DNA from: Klebsormidium nitens
Lineage: Eukaryota > Plantae > Klebsormidiophyceae
NCBI GenBank assembly: GCA_000708835.1
Contig: DF237594.1
Location: forward strand, 4,963-48,963
Length of the DNA: 44,001 bases
Direction: 5' to 3'
The notes beneath the pieces are model-generated. The model did not search any database. It was not told the origin of the DNA and saw nothing but the letters and a program-made list of their open reading frames with translations. Shown here piece by piece: positions 23,601 through 36,652 of this stretch. Made by a program: the position numbers and the translations under genes. The first letter of the stretch is position 1, and each line of letters begins with the position of its first letter.

Positions 23601-26600
23601 GACAAACATCCGTCAAAGACAGCATTACCGCTGCTGTTATAGTCCTAAAATTCTGTCAGCAGAATCCTGGAGGCAAAGGTATGCAAACCAAAGACAGAAG
23701 CTGGTGGATTTGAATGCAAGTAAGGTCCGCGCGTCCCTGACCGGTTCGCTTGCATGTCGGACGCGCCGATGACGCGCGGCGTCGTCTTGAGCAACTCTTG
23801 GTACAGCTTCTGCGGGTTCAGTGACGGCAGGCTGACGTTTGCGCTCCTGGGCCCCACGCAACAGCCGGCCGGAGGAGGGGTGATTGAGGCTGCGAGAAAG
23901 ATGGTTGGTAAATGATTTCTGCCTCAAGTTCCGAATTTAGGAAATTCAACAGGACCATGGCCGGTGGATGGTACCCTGCCGAGCACGTTGGGAAAGTCCG
24001 ATCAGCTTATATTCCAGTTCGCTATGTTCGATCCTTCGTTGCGCGGAACGCCGGCTACTTCGTGCTTGACTAGAGTATTCGGCCACGAACTCATTGCTCT
24101 TCTGCTCGAAGCGCGCTCAATGGCCCCAAACCAAGATTACCGCTTGAGGATCGCGCGCTCCAACGGGCTCCCAACGCATGAAGAACGGGTGCTGCAGCGC
24201 GGGCTGTTAAGCGCGGACGTCTTGAGGAAAGGGACGCCTCTAAGCGAGCGCGCCAGTTGTCAAGCTTGTCAAAACTGATCATGTTCGAATAAGCCACGTT
24301 TCTATCAGATCGACCGTTTGGAAAGGTAGAATTTGCAAGTGCAATCTAGAACGTCAAATGTCGTTGAAAAAGAGCAGATTTTTGGTCTGCCAAAAGTGCA
24401 AAAAGGACCAGTGGGCAGGCGGCCGAACCTTTCAGCTTACGACTCAGCGCCTGATTCGTACTTGCATGCGGTTTAATCCGACACACACTGGTCCTCCCGA
24501 TCGGAAGGGGTGAATTCGCATACAAACAGAAGCCTTTCAGCACTGACGTACTCATTTGCAACCTAGCTCGAAACAATGCTCAGCACGCGAGGCCTTACGA
24601 TTGAAGGGTATAGAGCAGGACTCTGTGTAGTCGAATCCTGCGGAGCACGCCTGCGCCGGGTCCAAGTATTCGGCCAGCGCCCGACCGTCCAAAACGACGG
24701 CCCGCGTATCGGACGTCGGCCGTAGCCACCACGTATTGATTTGCGGACCGGACTGGCCGGGGTCTGGGCCGCCGAACAACTGTACAATGATGCGCATAAA
24801 GGATTATGGCTGCTAACCAGGTTACTACCAGACTTGTGTCTTGAATTATTGGACAAGTAACCCGGTTTAAACCTGGTTTCAAGGCTGGTTACCGGCGGCC
24901 CAAGTTTTGATTATTGGACCTCTTTCTAACCAGCCCATAACCAGCCTTGGAAAGGCTGGTTAAGCCATCTTTGCTTAAGCCAAAAAGTCCTGTGGCAACG
25001 AGGCAATTTCTGGGAAAGTGCGACGAAGACGATTGGCAAAGAGCCTTTCTCTTTGTCGAAAGTCTGATAGTGAGCGCGGTACCGGACTTTGCTAGAGGAT
25101 AGACTGCTGGGAAGCTAAATCGAGAAAGATCAAGATCTTTGAACGGCCGCTAGCTTTTGTGCTTGTACATTTAGAATGACGGGCGCTGCTGACGGGTCAA
25201 GAGCTCGACCGCTCCAAACGAATGAACGGGTTTAAGAAGAGCGTTTGGAAACAGACTGTGCGGAAAGGGCCGCTGACGCATATAGACGCAGCTGCAAGAG
25301 GCAAGTTATTGTAAGCGCTCCGAGTCTGCCGCAAGCCAAGCCTGGCAGTTACAGGAACATTGGCCTCGTAACTGCATTACTGAGAGCAAAATAAGAGCGC
25401 GAAAGAGAAGGCGGTGGGATTCTGCGGATCCCGCGAGCAGGATTTACCAGGACGATCTGCTCCCGCAAAACCAGGGAGATTTGCGCCGTCTGGCCTGTAC
25501 GCAAGGATGAGACTGGGTTTCAATCATGACTAGTGGTTGCGCGGAAGTGAAGGTTGAGTCGTTTAAGAGCCGATTTAATGTCTGATTGTCTTACGATTCC
25601 TCTGGGGAGTCGATTGTGCCAGGGAGTCTCGCCGATGGAGATCTGCTTTACACGAGACGCTTGATACCGAGACGTACCAGTTCCATTCAATTAGAGGATC
25701 TGAAACAACTGCAAAGAGCAGAAGCTTACACGGATGCAACAACTCCCACTACTGTGTAAAGCTTTGTGGGTTCAACAATTTGACCTGATAGTATTTGCTT
25801 CTCGGGAAGCCGACTAAGTGTGGTTCCCAGAGGGAAACTTTCAGAAAGCCGACGAACTTGATAAGTACCCTCCCCGAAGCCGACAGCACACGGCATGGCC
25901 CAAAGCCAAAAGCCAACATTTCCAAAATCTGTGACGGCCCCTGGTGCTTGTTCGGAGCGGCTCATTTCGCACCCAAAGAAAAGTGGTGTAAGAAAGTCAG
26001 CATGTCCTCGAACCGAAAATTCGCGATTCGCTACAAAATTGTCAAATAGAGGACTGGGGTCCCCCAACCTTGGAAAGGGACCACTACGGTCCACTTGGCA
26101 GCTGCTCCTTGGTCTAAGTAGAAGTCGACCTGCACGCCACGGTGAGAATTAGTCAACATCAGCATGAAATGCGCTTTTACCCCAAACGATAACCTCACGG
26201 CTGAGCCCGTAAGTCGCTGGAATTAGCTGCTGCTCCAATTGTAGTTGGTGCAAGGAGCCTCGACAAGATCGGATGGCTTAAAAGGGCTTCAATCAAACAA
26301 CTTCGATCAGATGGGCTGCTTCCAAGTTTCGTCCCAGAGTGGTACGACGAAAACGAAAGCCTTAGCCACATTTCATACGCTGCCCTGAACGACACAAACG
26401 GACAAAGCTCGAACAGACAAGTATGTGACCAATGGAGCTAGAACCTGACCCGGACTCCTCACCTCAAAGTAAACAGACTCTTGTGTCGCAATAGTTGCGT
26501 CTGGGTTGGGGACCCCTTGCCTGCAGGAACCAACGCGAGAATCAGTCCCTGATAGCTCGAGCTCCGCAAGGAGTGACGCGCAATACCGGTATGTTGGTTG

Positions 26601-29600
26601 GAAGATCTTAATTGTTAAGTACATAGGAAGAATCAAGTTGCCAGAATCAAGCTTTGTACGTGGTTGGTAAAGTGTCCTTCTACCAAGGAACATGCTGCTT
26701 TGATGCCCTCTAACCCGCCATGCTGAAGGGCAAACGCTTCCAGTATCCAAAGACTTGCTCGACCCGCACCGCCAGTGTCAAATACACCACACAGTTCTGC
26801 ATATGAAGTTCAAGCACGGAGTCTGACGTCTGAGACCCAAGCACGGCACGGAAGCTATCACAGCGGAAAGCCGGGCGGAACGCTGCCCAAGCGGAACACT
26901 CACAGGCAGCCAGCGTCGTTTGGCGCCACCCAGCACATCTGGACCGGAAAGGTGTCCCTCGATGCTGAAAAAGCTCGCCCAGCGCTGCATAAAGTGGTGC
27001 ACGGCAATATCATGTAGGAGCTTATGATTTTAGCTCTCGGAGCAGTACGCTTTGGTCCAGTACGGCTCTGAAGAAATGGAAGGAGACGGCATTTGAGCCG
27101 GGGGATCTGCTGGCTCTTGGACCTACTGTGGTGTCTTGCCTGGTCATCAGAGATTACAGCGCAAACTGGGCAGAGCCACAGTCAAGATCCTGACGAGGAC
27201 CTGCTGTGCTGAAAGTTGCGCAGTCGCCCATCAAGATTGCATGAGACACTCGGAGTGGCTGTTCTTCCAAACCGAAAAAAGGGTCGTCTCAAAGCCGCGG
27301 TCGAAGAGTTTAACGAGAATTGCGTCTTTTCAAAGCTCTCACCTTTTAGCTTCTGAAACGTGCGTTCAATGATTGGCCATTTAACAAGTCTCACTTCACA
27401 TCTGTTACTACCTTTGGACGGCGACACAATCTGAATTTGACGTTTATGCGCACCGATCCGCAAAGCGCAAGCAACTAGTACGGTGGAGAAGCTCACTCGC
27501 CGTACAGCGTCACTTGCACGGTTGCGTTCCGGACGTCTCCGCAATCGTCCGGGCAGCCTCTGTCCGCATAGATACCCCCTGGTAGCTCGGCAGGGCTATT
27601 GCACACCCCATTCCCGCACCTGATCACTTACGAAAGAAAGGGCGTCAGCTACAATTACGAGCCTCTTGCGTGCGGTGCTTCATATGTCACGTGCGTCACA
27701 AGTCGTTGCCCTCACTTCGGACTACAACCATATCGAAATCATAAACCTCCCAACGTAACAGCGCTAGAACAGCCACACAAGTCCCCGCTCAATGTAGAAC
27801 GCCCCCTGGAGTAAGGCATGTATGCAGGGCATGTATGGGGCGCAACCAGTCTGGAACCATCATGATAGGGACCATTTCTAGTTGCAAAGGTCTAAGCATT
27901 TGAGCCTACAAACCAACGCCACCACCTAACAGATTTATTCAAAATCGCGAGCAGTGACGCGACCTGCCCATCTCAGCCGTCAGGACCTTTCGCTAGGCTT
28001 TTGAAGCTGTCAAAGCTGGAATTGATTCCACCTGCATGTTACGCGCGGTATATCGAAACCGAGGGGAAAGGCGCGAGTGGATTTAGTAGATCTTTCCCCA
28101 AACCTCTGCTGCAAAACCTGGAAACCCGCCTGCGCGCATGCTGCGCGCAGTAACAGTTACACCGGGAGGAAGAGGAACAGAGAGCAACTTGCAGGTATAT
28201 ATCCTCGAAGGTACTGAGAGGGATCGATCGAGAATAGTATGCCTCACCCGGGGTCGTTCCAGATGGGTGTGATGAGTGACGTGTTGAGCCACGTCACCAG
28301 GTCGTCCACTGACGCAAAGCTTTGCAGCGTCTCCCCCGTGGAAGGGTCCTGGGGCAACGCCTGCAACAGCGACTCGTTGACCCCGTATTCATGCCCCACA
28401 CGAACCTGCACCACACAGACATTTTGGCCATTAACCAAGGATGGTTATGAGCTGGGCAAGAAGTGGTTATGTGTTCGATAACCAGACTTGCGCGGTCTTT
28501 AACCCTGGCGCAGGATCAAACGCCGGCTGCTTCTCTGATTACCTGAGACCAAGTCTGGTAAACAGCCTGATTAGCAAAACTCCCTGTGCCAACAGGTTCG
28601 GGTCAGCGGATGCATGCGATCAGACGCTGTCGAATCATTAAGCTGGTGTGATTGCCTTGGTATGAGCTCTGAGATTGCGTGGTGCAAGATTCACAGCAGT
28701 GGGGTGAAGCGCGGCTGTCAGGCATGGTTAGCGGCCCGGATTCTCCCGATTCCCCCTAACTCAGGATATTTCCGGACTGGCATTAAGCCTTGGTGTAACT
28801 CAAGCAGGATGAGGGGTACCCAGGCGCCATTAACAGCTAGACAATTGGGTTAGAGCAAAAGCCATGCATACCTATCACCCTCACAGACGGTGATAGGTAG
28901 CTGATGACTAGTGATCACCATGCAATTGTCCCACCTCAAGGGATCATGCCGCGGTACCCAATATGGGGAGTTACCGTTGGATGTAACTTTGCAAGCAGGA
29001 ATATTCAGGTCACTCTCGAGCTTTTTGTGGACCCTTGCTAAAGTGTTGCGGAGTTGAATCTGCATACTTCATGCGAAACTATTCAACGGCTGCTTAGACT
29101 GTCATGCTGGAAACCACTCGTGACTAGCTCGCAAACAGGTTTGGCAGCCTGACGTTCTCTTAATGACCGAGCGTCTAAATCGAAGGACAGTTGTGCAGAG
29201 CAAGCTCACCTGGTATCCAATGGCCGCAAAAAAGAGTGCAGCAAACGCCAGGAAGGCAATGAAGCTCAAGTAATCATGACTGTATTGGACCCGCCAGTCC
29301 GCCTCCGCAATCAGTGCTTGCATCACCTGACAAATGATAGAAGGCGGTCCAAGAGTTTTAGGTTAAATCCCCTCATTTGTGCACGAAAGAAGTTTGACCC
29401 TCATAATGAAAACGTTTCTGAAAATGTGAATGCAGGAAGTCTAGGGACTTACCACCAGCATGCTCTGATGATCCGGTCTTTGGACAACACAGCCAGTGTT
29501 CTGAGCGCTCAGGCTTTTCATTGTACATAAATCACTTAGGACGGCAGTCAAGCAAATGCTGTGCCAAACCACTTCAAAAGTGGCTGCTTTGTTCGATGCC

Positions 29601-30427
29601 AGCTTTATACCTGCATCTATGTATTGGGTCAGGTTCAAGCTAAGCCACCAGAAAGTCAGGTCTCTGTGACAAATCCTTAATTCGGCCACTTCTCTAGCCG
29701 GCCAGATAGCTTGCAACACCCCCTGATCAGAAATCTGCGTACGTGTGGCGGGCTATATGATTGGGCCAGAACATGCGCCACAAACTTGCTTGGTAACCTG
29801 AGTCTGAAGATCAGCTCATACTACAGCCTTGCTACACAATGCCAGCACATGCGATTGCAATGGGATGTATTGACCTTGTCAAAATTATTGAACACCGGAA
29901 AAAGACTAGGTATGTTCAAAAACATCAGCTTCCAACATTTAAATTATGAATATAGAGCCCAGCAGCTCTCCCTGAAGCTACTGTTGCCCACGCGCGCGCC
30001 GCGCACGAAGAGCATTACCCAAAATAAAGCGGGACAGGTTTACCTGGAAGTTGACTCGGTGCTAGGATCAGACGGTCACTCAAACCCTATCAGAGCTCAG
30101 GGCACACGCTTTGCTTAGACATGAGGAACAGCTCACCGCATAAAGACAACCTGCCCCCCGACCTGACCTTTACAGGTTGTGTCAGGAAAAGGATCTATTT
30201 TAGGCCCATGTTACTCTGTGGTCAGGTTCTGTCAAGCTGATTACCTGAGTGTCGGGGACCGTAGCGCCCGCCAGCTTAGCCTTCACATGCTCTGCTGTCA
30301 CGGCCCTGTGGGAAGTCAGGTGCGGTGTGTTGTCGTCCTCATCAGAATGATAGCCGGTCAGTATCAAAGGGTTTGCAGCATCCTGATCTGGTGAATGGCT
30401 GCATTCCTCCATACCGCTTTTGGCCAT
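17657..30427 (-). CDS. PKD2: Polycystin (PKD2/TRPP-like) cation channel with large extracellular loop, >15 exons
   Basis: Exons include 29326-29210 (TM1 YLSFIAFLAFAALFFAAIGYQ), 28405-28248 (FASVDDLVTWLNTSLITPIWNDP), 24239-24141, 23846-23742, 23410-23291 (VVSGLLIRQKR), 22626-22443 (PFGMDPVFLPTSSLYN), 22134-21999 (GFYVLFDVNLSANRAQDWLQYL...VYN), 21601-21491, 21190-21016, 20297-20100, 19017-18777 (FLRILDHMHFHPRLGMVTRTL...MGQLIFG...LSTFSLAL) and 18423-18286 (IYFWTYNILAQFIILQFLVAIVVDVF). These are polycystin channel motifs. Phases are consistent from 24239 to 18286. The first exon (ATG 30427-30245) and the tail (to 17657) are tentative. Confidence 0.85.
19212..19830 (-). mobile_element. Possible decayed tyrosine-recombinase (DIRS/Crypton-like) N-terminal fragment within a PKD intron
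   Basis: Fragments GTAVRTTKQYSKAVETFL and SAYLEAHSFRSLPATKFLVWLQDLCMALAYQG resemble an integrase SAM-like N-terminus; no catalytic motifs seen. Confidence 0.2.
24806..24968. mobile_element. Degenerate MITE-like inverted-repeat element in a PKD intron
   Basis: Ends ATGGCTGCTAACC / GGTTAAGCCAT are imperfect inverted repeats; internal TAACCAG motifs and a perfect 10-bp hairpin at 24938-24962. Confidence 0.35.
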
Positions 30428-32090
30428 CTTGATGTTTTCTTTCCAGGTGTTGCAGGTTGGGAATTGCAACAGAGAATATGCTGTCTACCTGCGGGCTGAC
30501 TTACACACGCTGGATCTCAATGAAGGCTGTATTATGGCAGATACGTTGCGTCTTTTGACAGCAGGAGAGCTGAAGTTAGCGCGCCGGTCAGCTTCCGGCG
30601 CTTGCAAAGAAAGTTGGCCCCGATGGCACTAAAGCTCAGCCTCTGATTCTCGGGCATTGAGGCAGCCCCTGCGCCAGACGTGGCTTACGCCCTGCTCCCG
30701 CGCTGGCCGCTTATCATAATATATTGAAGATATGAATTGGGATATTTGCCACAGGTTTTGTGCAGCTCTGCTCAAGCTGCTGATCCGTCACCTAATTCTA
30801 TTCAACAATGCTGGCACACGCAGCGCCCCGCTAACCGTCGGGTTGCCGTTGAGGAGGCAACAAGTCGGAGCCAGCGCCGGCCCATGATAGACAGCTCTGA
30901 TTTGGCTGCTAATGAGGACGTCGCAGAGATTAGTTTTTCGAGAGTCAGCTCATGAAGCTGGGCCTCCACAACCCGAAATTCATGAGTCGCAAATCTTGAA
31001 AAGATAGTGGTAGTATGTAGTCGAAGAAGAAACAACTTGTCACAAGCTGAAATTTGCCACAACTTGAAGCTCCAGCGTGGCACCTTTACCAGAGACAATG
31101 GTACGGTAATAAATGTATCATCCGCTAGGTGCAGCTGGTGAAAGTGCGCCGGGCATGCACCAGCTTGTTTCTTGAACGAGCTCAACGCTGATGTACGGAA
31201 TTACCGTAGTTCCGACGCTTCAGTTGGTGCGTTGAACGTTCGGTATCACGATTCACAGATTACGGTATATACCTGGTCGAGGTACATAGATGTGTGCCTA
31301 GGTACGGTAGTCAGAAAACGCACCAAACACAGCTCTATGTTTGGAAGCTCGTCGCACTACAGATCCGGTGCCAATTGAAGGCGCCATATGACGCCCAGCT
31401 CCGTTGAAACTTGAGTCTGCAGTTCTCTACACACGAGTGTCGACATCTGTGGAGATTTAGGAGTACGATTCTGACACTCGGATCCCGGCGACGTACGGAC
31501 GTTAGATCTTGGGGAGCTAGCATTTACCCACTTTTATATGTGGGGTTTGAGCCCTTATCCCGTAGACGGGGACATGGTACACGCAAAAGGGTAGGAAACC
31601 CGACGTTAGTATTTTAACCCAATTGAGTTAGGGTTGCGGTCGACAAGAACCGGCACCGCGGGCCGTCACCGCGCTGCGCGCCCTCCGGAAACGCGGATTG
31701 AGTCCTTCGCACGTGAGCGTACTTGCTCCGCTTTCCCGGGATACCTCCCGGCCGCGCCCAGCGGTTCACCGTCAGACGTATCCCCATCGAACGGATTCTA
31801 GTCTATATTAATAGATAATCTAGGCTTTCAGTCTGGACTTCTACCCAAAAGTCCACAAAGAATGAACGCACCTCTGATTGGATGTTGAGGATGTTGCTCG
31901 GAGCTTTGTCCCGAATGGGATCGCCAGCAACTTCATCGCGGAAGCTGCTATTATTTTACGGCGAACGCGGCCTGCGAGTTGGAAGCCCGAACTTTGAATC
32001 GAGTGAACATCATGAAAGATCCTCCACCGGTGCACTCGGCCATTTTCGCCTATGAGCGATTGGTAGGCGCTTGTCAAAACGTAACGCTAC

Positions 32091-32137
32091 AAGTGGCAGA
32101 AAAGTGGCAAAAAACAGTGACAGAAAAAGTGGCAGAG
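32091..32137. repeat. Short tandem repeat of AAGTGGCAG-like units
   Basis: Four related units read directly. Confidence 0.6.
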
Positions 32138-35100
32138 AACACCTTCGTTTCTCTTACTCCAGCTGTGTGTCAGGTGACCAGTGTAGGCTCTAAGCGCTCC
32201 AGATGGCCTACCAGCTGGCGGGAACTTTTGTGAACCGCGAGACCAATTGGCTGTGGTGCTGCGCTAACTATTCCGGCGCCCTTAATCCGGTCTGTGTTTT
32301 GCAACCACGGAAACTGGAAAGGCCTGTGCGAGGTGCATCTTCTGCACATCTGCCTGTTCAGACTGAATAGTGGAAGGACTTGGTTGGAATACGGGCAGAG
32401 TCGAGAAGACTGGAAGAGAGGACGTTAGTGGACCAGTGGAATGCTGTCACCGCGAGTTAAACCCAAACGGACTTCGTGACGTTTGCGAATGAGCCTAGAA
32501 AATTGCAGGGTCAGGCCCATCATAAAGCTGTGGCAATGCACTTGTTTTGCCGGCACTTTCCTAGTCAAGTGGACGGCGTCGGGGCGAAGGATTGGCTTCG
32601 AAGAGACGACCAATCCGGGTTGACGCAGCGGCCAGGCCAGGCGGCCGTCCAGCTTGATTCCTCCTCGATTGGACGAGTTTTCTCCGAACCAGGATTGCGC
32701 AGACTGCCAGAAGCGCACCAAGAGGTGCTCTGGACAATCCGTCAGCAATTTTTGGCTCTGTAGGGTCACGTAGTAAGCAGAATACAGAGCATTGTGGCCC
32801 CTTCCGGCCCTTTCGAGACACACTCGGAAGAGGTTTCTCCAATCAAGGGGGCTCCACTTGGTTCTGGCGCGCGCGCCCTCCCGCGTGACCCACAGTCCCA
32901 CTCAGCGATCGTTCAAACCTCCCACAGACTGCCTTTATAATATGCATATGCTGCAGCAATCAGCAGTGAATGCTTCTTAAGCGTGGCGGTGCCTCGGTCA
33001 GAGGGAGCTTCTGCGGGAGCCCTCATCGCTAGACGGAGGCCTGGGGCCTTCACGTCGGTCGGGGAGTAACCCCCAGCGAGCAGACACCCAGGCAGAGCTG
33101 AGGTATACAGCGCACGAGCGAAGTCCCGGCGCGGCTTGTCAATACCTGCCAAGACACGCTGCACCCCAGCCGCACTCGTAGGCTTGGAAGAAACGGAGGC
33201 ATTGTGGCGAGGTGACTTGGTCATGTCGCCTGACGTCCGATGTGCTGCGTGGCACGATCTGACGGCTTCAGTATATAGAACGCTGCTCGACGTCCGATCG
33301 CGCTGAGATTCTGAGATTGGTGGGGCGCTCGCCAGAGGTAAAGCACTTCGCAGGCACTTCGCAGAGGGGTTGAATGCAAGATGCAAAGATGACGGACTCT
33401 TCGCTTGAGTAGGCGGCCCTTAGTAGAGGGAAAGAGGGGTCCTGGGCTTCCTACTCGATTATATCTACTTTCGTCATGGGATCTCTCAGCATCCTAAAGA
33501 ACCAGCTCGACATGGACAGGGTCCTCAATCTAACGAGAAAACCCTGACAGCAATAAGCCCAGTTGTGGCTTTGCAATACACGTCTTTGAAAACACGAGTC
33601 TCGGCGAATGTCAGCACATTTCGACCGCTTCACAATCTCCTGATTGGCCCAATGCTGCAGAGTGTGTATCATTTCAGCAGCCTCGTACACCTTTCGCACA
33701 CGCTTTCCCTCTGAAGGGCCCTCGAGAGCACCAACCTTGGCACTTCAATCTCCCACAGAAACCTCGTCCTTTTCTGGCCAAACCGTCGACGCCCGCACCC
33801 TGCAGCTCTTTCCAGCCAGAACTTGAAGTGGCGCCCTCGCGGAGGGTGTGATTGCACCTTAAGCTTAGCGGCGCGAGTTTCTTTTGGGAGTGTTACCAGT
33901 CAACACAGGCGTCCTCTTTTGGACGGTTCGGATTGTGCAGCCATTCCCCCGAACCAGCGCAAGAGCTGACCTTAGCCTCCGGACGGGGCTGCGGCGCCAC
34001 AATCTCGGACGTTTGGGACGCCTTGGAAACGAAAGCGGACGTACGTTCGGTGGCGAGAGCTCGGGACGCCCTTTTCGACAAGTGCAGAGCGCCTTAAAGC
34101 TGCGTCGTCGAGCTGGTGGCACCGATCACGCGCAGCCGGGAAGCATCCCCTCGCCGCCCTAGCTCGATCTGTGCGAATCCCTAACCCCACTCTGCTGGGA
34201 AGCGAACATTTCCAAACGAGAGCTGCTTGCAGCCCTGAGTGCTGCGCTGCTGAACAAAGATGCGGACGTCCGGGAGGCGCTGCGGCCGTCAGAAGCAGAT
34301 ATGATGACATCGGCCCGTTGATTCCGGACATTGGGATGCGGGTGAAGGAGCTCAGCCTGATAGCGCGGGTGTCTAGTGATCCGTCCGCAGAAGCGTTCAA
34401 CTGGTCAGCGAAAGGAGAAAGTAGTAGTGCAAAAGTGCAAGCGCCCGGTCTGATGAGCGCGCGGGTTAAGACCGGTGACCCCGGCCTGTTTGAAAGGCGT
34501 CGAGAGGGGTCGAGAGGGCATTGAAACACGAATCTCTTGCAGTAATCTGCGAGGCGGCTCTTTCAGCAGGACGCACTGTAGAGCCACCAGACGGAATCAC
34601 GGCTTGACCTTGTGATGGGGGTTATTAGCGAGTCGAGATGAGCACAGCCAAAGAGGCGGGAAACGGAGCCCACGAGAGACTCCGTCCCAGGTCAAACGAG
34701 GATAGTGGGGTGCTTCTTTACATTGTAAGGGAGCACCCAAGTAAAGCGCTCCCTGGGCATCAGGAATTTGCACAGAGTTCGTTGCCAGTGCTTTGCTTGA
34801 GGGCCAACAGGCCCGTACGTTGTCTTGATTTCAAGCCGGTGTCCAGCATTTGTTGCGGAGGGTTTGCTCTACAACTCCTTAGGCATGTGTTCCGATCTGC
34901 CTTCCCTTTGCGAGTCGATCTCTTTTTGGCTTCATCTTTCTTTCTGTGATGCCCACGAAGTTCCCACGGGGTAAGTGAACGCTCAGATCGCACGCTATTC
35001 TGGCCTTGACCAACGGCCTAATGTGGTAATTTATAGGGGAGAATCTAGGCAGGTATCTGAAGAGCGCTGCCGTTGTGGATCGTAAATAAGCAGCTAGGCT

Positions 35101-35636
35101 CTGCCTTAGCAGAGCTAAGGTTGGACACAATCCGGAAGCTAACGGCACATCAAGGCGCTATCGTGACCGTGCCAAAGCAAGGAAAGCAGGGCTGCGTCCT
35201 AGAGGAGTATCCTTAATCTCAGATGGCTCTGGCTACCGGAAAATATGGTTTCTGCACCAGTATGTACAGTTGTCTCGTCTGAAGAACGATAATATATCTG
35301 CCGTCAGTGACAAATTTCGCATTGGAAAGAATGGAACGGACAACAAGGCGGTAAAAGAACTGTTGCATGAAACCGTCACAATCCAGCAGAAACGTGCGTG
35401 AAGGAAAGGAGTTACTGCGTTTGGGCTCCTGTACAAAACCCAACACTTGGCTTGGCCTGGCCGTGGGCGTTGCCAATTGTCACGTTTCCGAATCATGTTC
35501 CATTCGAGGACCTTGTTTCTGCGGCTTCGCGACATTCGCGCCGTGGCCGACCGTCGTAATTTTGGTGCCCAGGCTTGAAGCCGTTGATTCTGACACGTGG
35601 CGTCATCGGGCGGCTGGACTCGAGCTGAATTCATCT

Positions 35637-35677
35637 GGCCCACAAAGTCTGGTTTTAGCAGAAGACGCCTTTATAAA
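35637..35677 (+). promoter_or_regulatory. USE-like GGCCCACAAAGT plus TTTATAAA, U6-type Pol III promoter candidate (copy A)
   Basis: Box 35637-35648, TATA 35670-35677; predicted +1 at A35700 after C. Confidence 0.7.
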
Positions 35678-35699
35678 CACGAAAACAGCTGCTTTCTCC

Positions 35700-35839
35700 A
35701 ACGCCAGCTAGGCGTTCAGGGCTGCGGTCCCTGTTTTCTATTTCCTTACCGGGCTGCGGTCCCGGTTTTCTGACTTCCTTACCGGGCTGCGGTCCCGGTC
35801 CAGGCTGCGGTCCTGGGGAACACGCGCTACGGGTGATCA
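35700..35839 (+). ncRNA. Unclassified four-hairpin small RNA candidate, copy A
   Basis: 5' hairpin AACGCC-AGCTA-GGCGTT, then hairpins at 35717-33, 35749-65, 35782-98 and 35800-16, each a 5-bp stem with loop CTGCGGT, joined by pyrimidine linkers. Stems show compensatory changes. Confidence 0.7.
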
Positions 35840-36652
35840 CGATCATCATTAGCGCATGCTCCAACATACGTTGCACTTTTGCTGCAGAAGGAAGCTGCTT
35901 GGACTTGGATCGAAATTGCGGCCCTCTTGAAAGTAGTAACCCACCACTGCAAAACTATTCCGTCTGCATCGTAACCTGGAGCAGCACCGCTAAAGCATTC
36001 CTCCCGCATCCTTCCAATCGCGTAACGATATACGATATGCTAGCTGCAGGATCACATGTGTGGGGGAGCTTCTGTATCACACTTATCCACATCGAACAAC
36101 ACAGCATGCATCTAGGAGGAATTTTGGACGCTGAATATGAGTCATCTTGACCTTCTCAAGAGTGTCACTTGAACCCTGCAGCTGTTCAAAACCATGAATC
36201 TGTGTTGTTCAAAAATGTAAAGAACTTGGGTTTGTTCAAAACGGCGGGACTCTATGGCTGAGTATGCGGCCCGGTCCATGGCCCGGCTTTCGAAAAAATA
36301 GCGTCGGCCGCTGGCAAGTTTTGTGGATAAATATCCAGAGTACCCCTGGATTTGTTCAATTTCTCACCTCTTCATATCAGATGAGATCAATCTGTGCTTG
36401 AAACTTTGTTTGTTAAGCGTTCTTTTGTGAAATTCGACATACCTTCCTATGTAAGAAAGGACTTTTGAGAAATACAGGTGTCATTTTGTACGTTCTGGTT
36501 GGAGTTGGAATGATTTGGCGTTGAATCTAAATCAACGAATGTCGTGGTGCTTTTCCGGGGGAGCTCCAGCCCTGGAGCGGGGGGGACTGAAACGGAGAAC
36601 TGATTACGGCCGCCTACAGGACACGTGGCCTTAGTCGAACGGTTCGAGAATT

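Noticed and set aside
30700-35450. Numerous 60-185-aa ORFs
   Set aside because: No recognisable domain or consistent exon chain; some fragments look like decayed coding sequence but cannot be assigned without a search.
35700-35839. CRISPR array or telomerase RNA interpretation of the hairpin array
   Set aside because: Linkers are near-identical or 1 nt long rather than unique spacers, there are no cas genes and the context is eukaryotic; no telomere-template sequence (CCCTAAA-like) is present.
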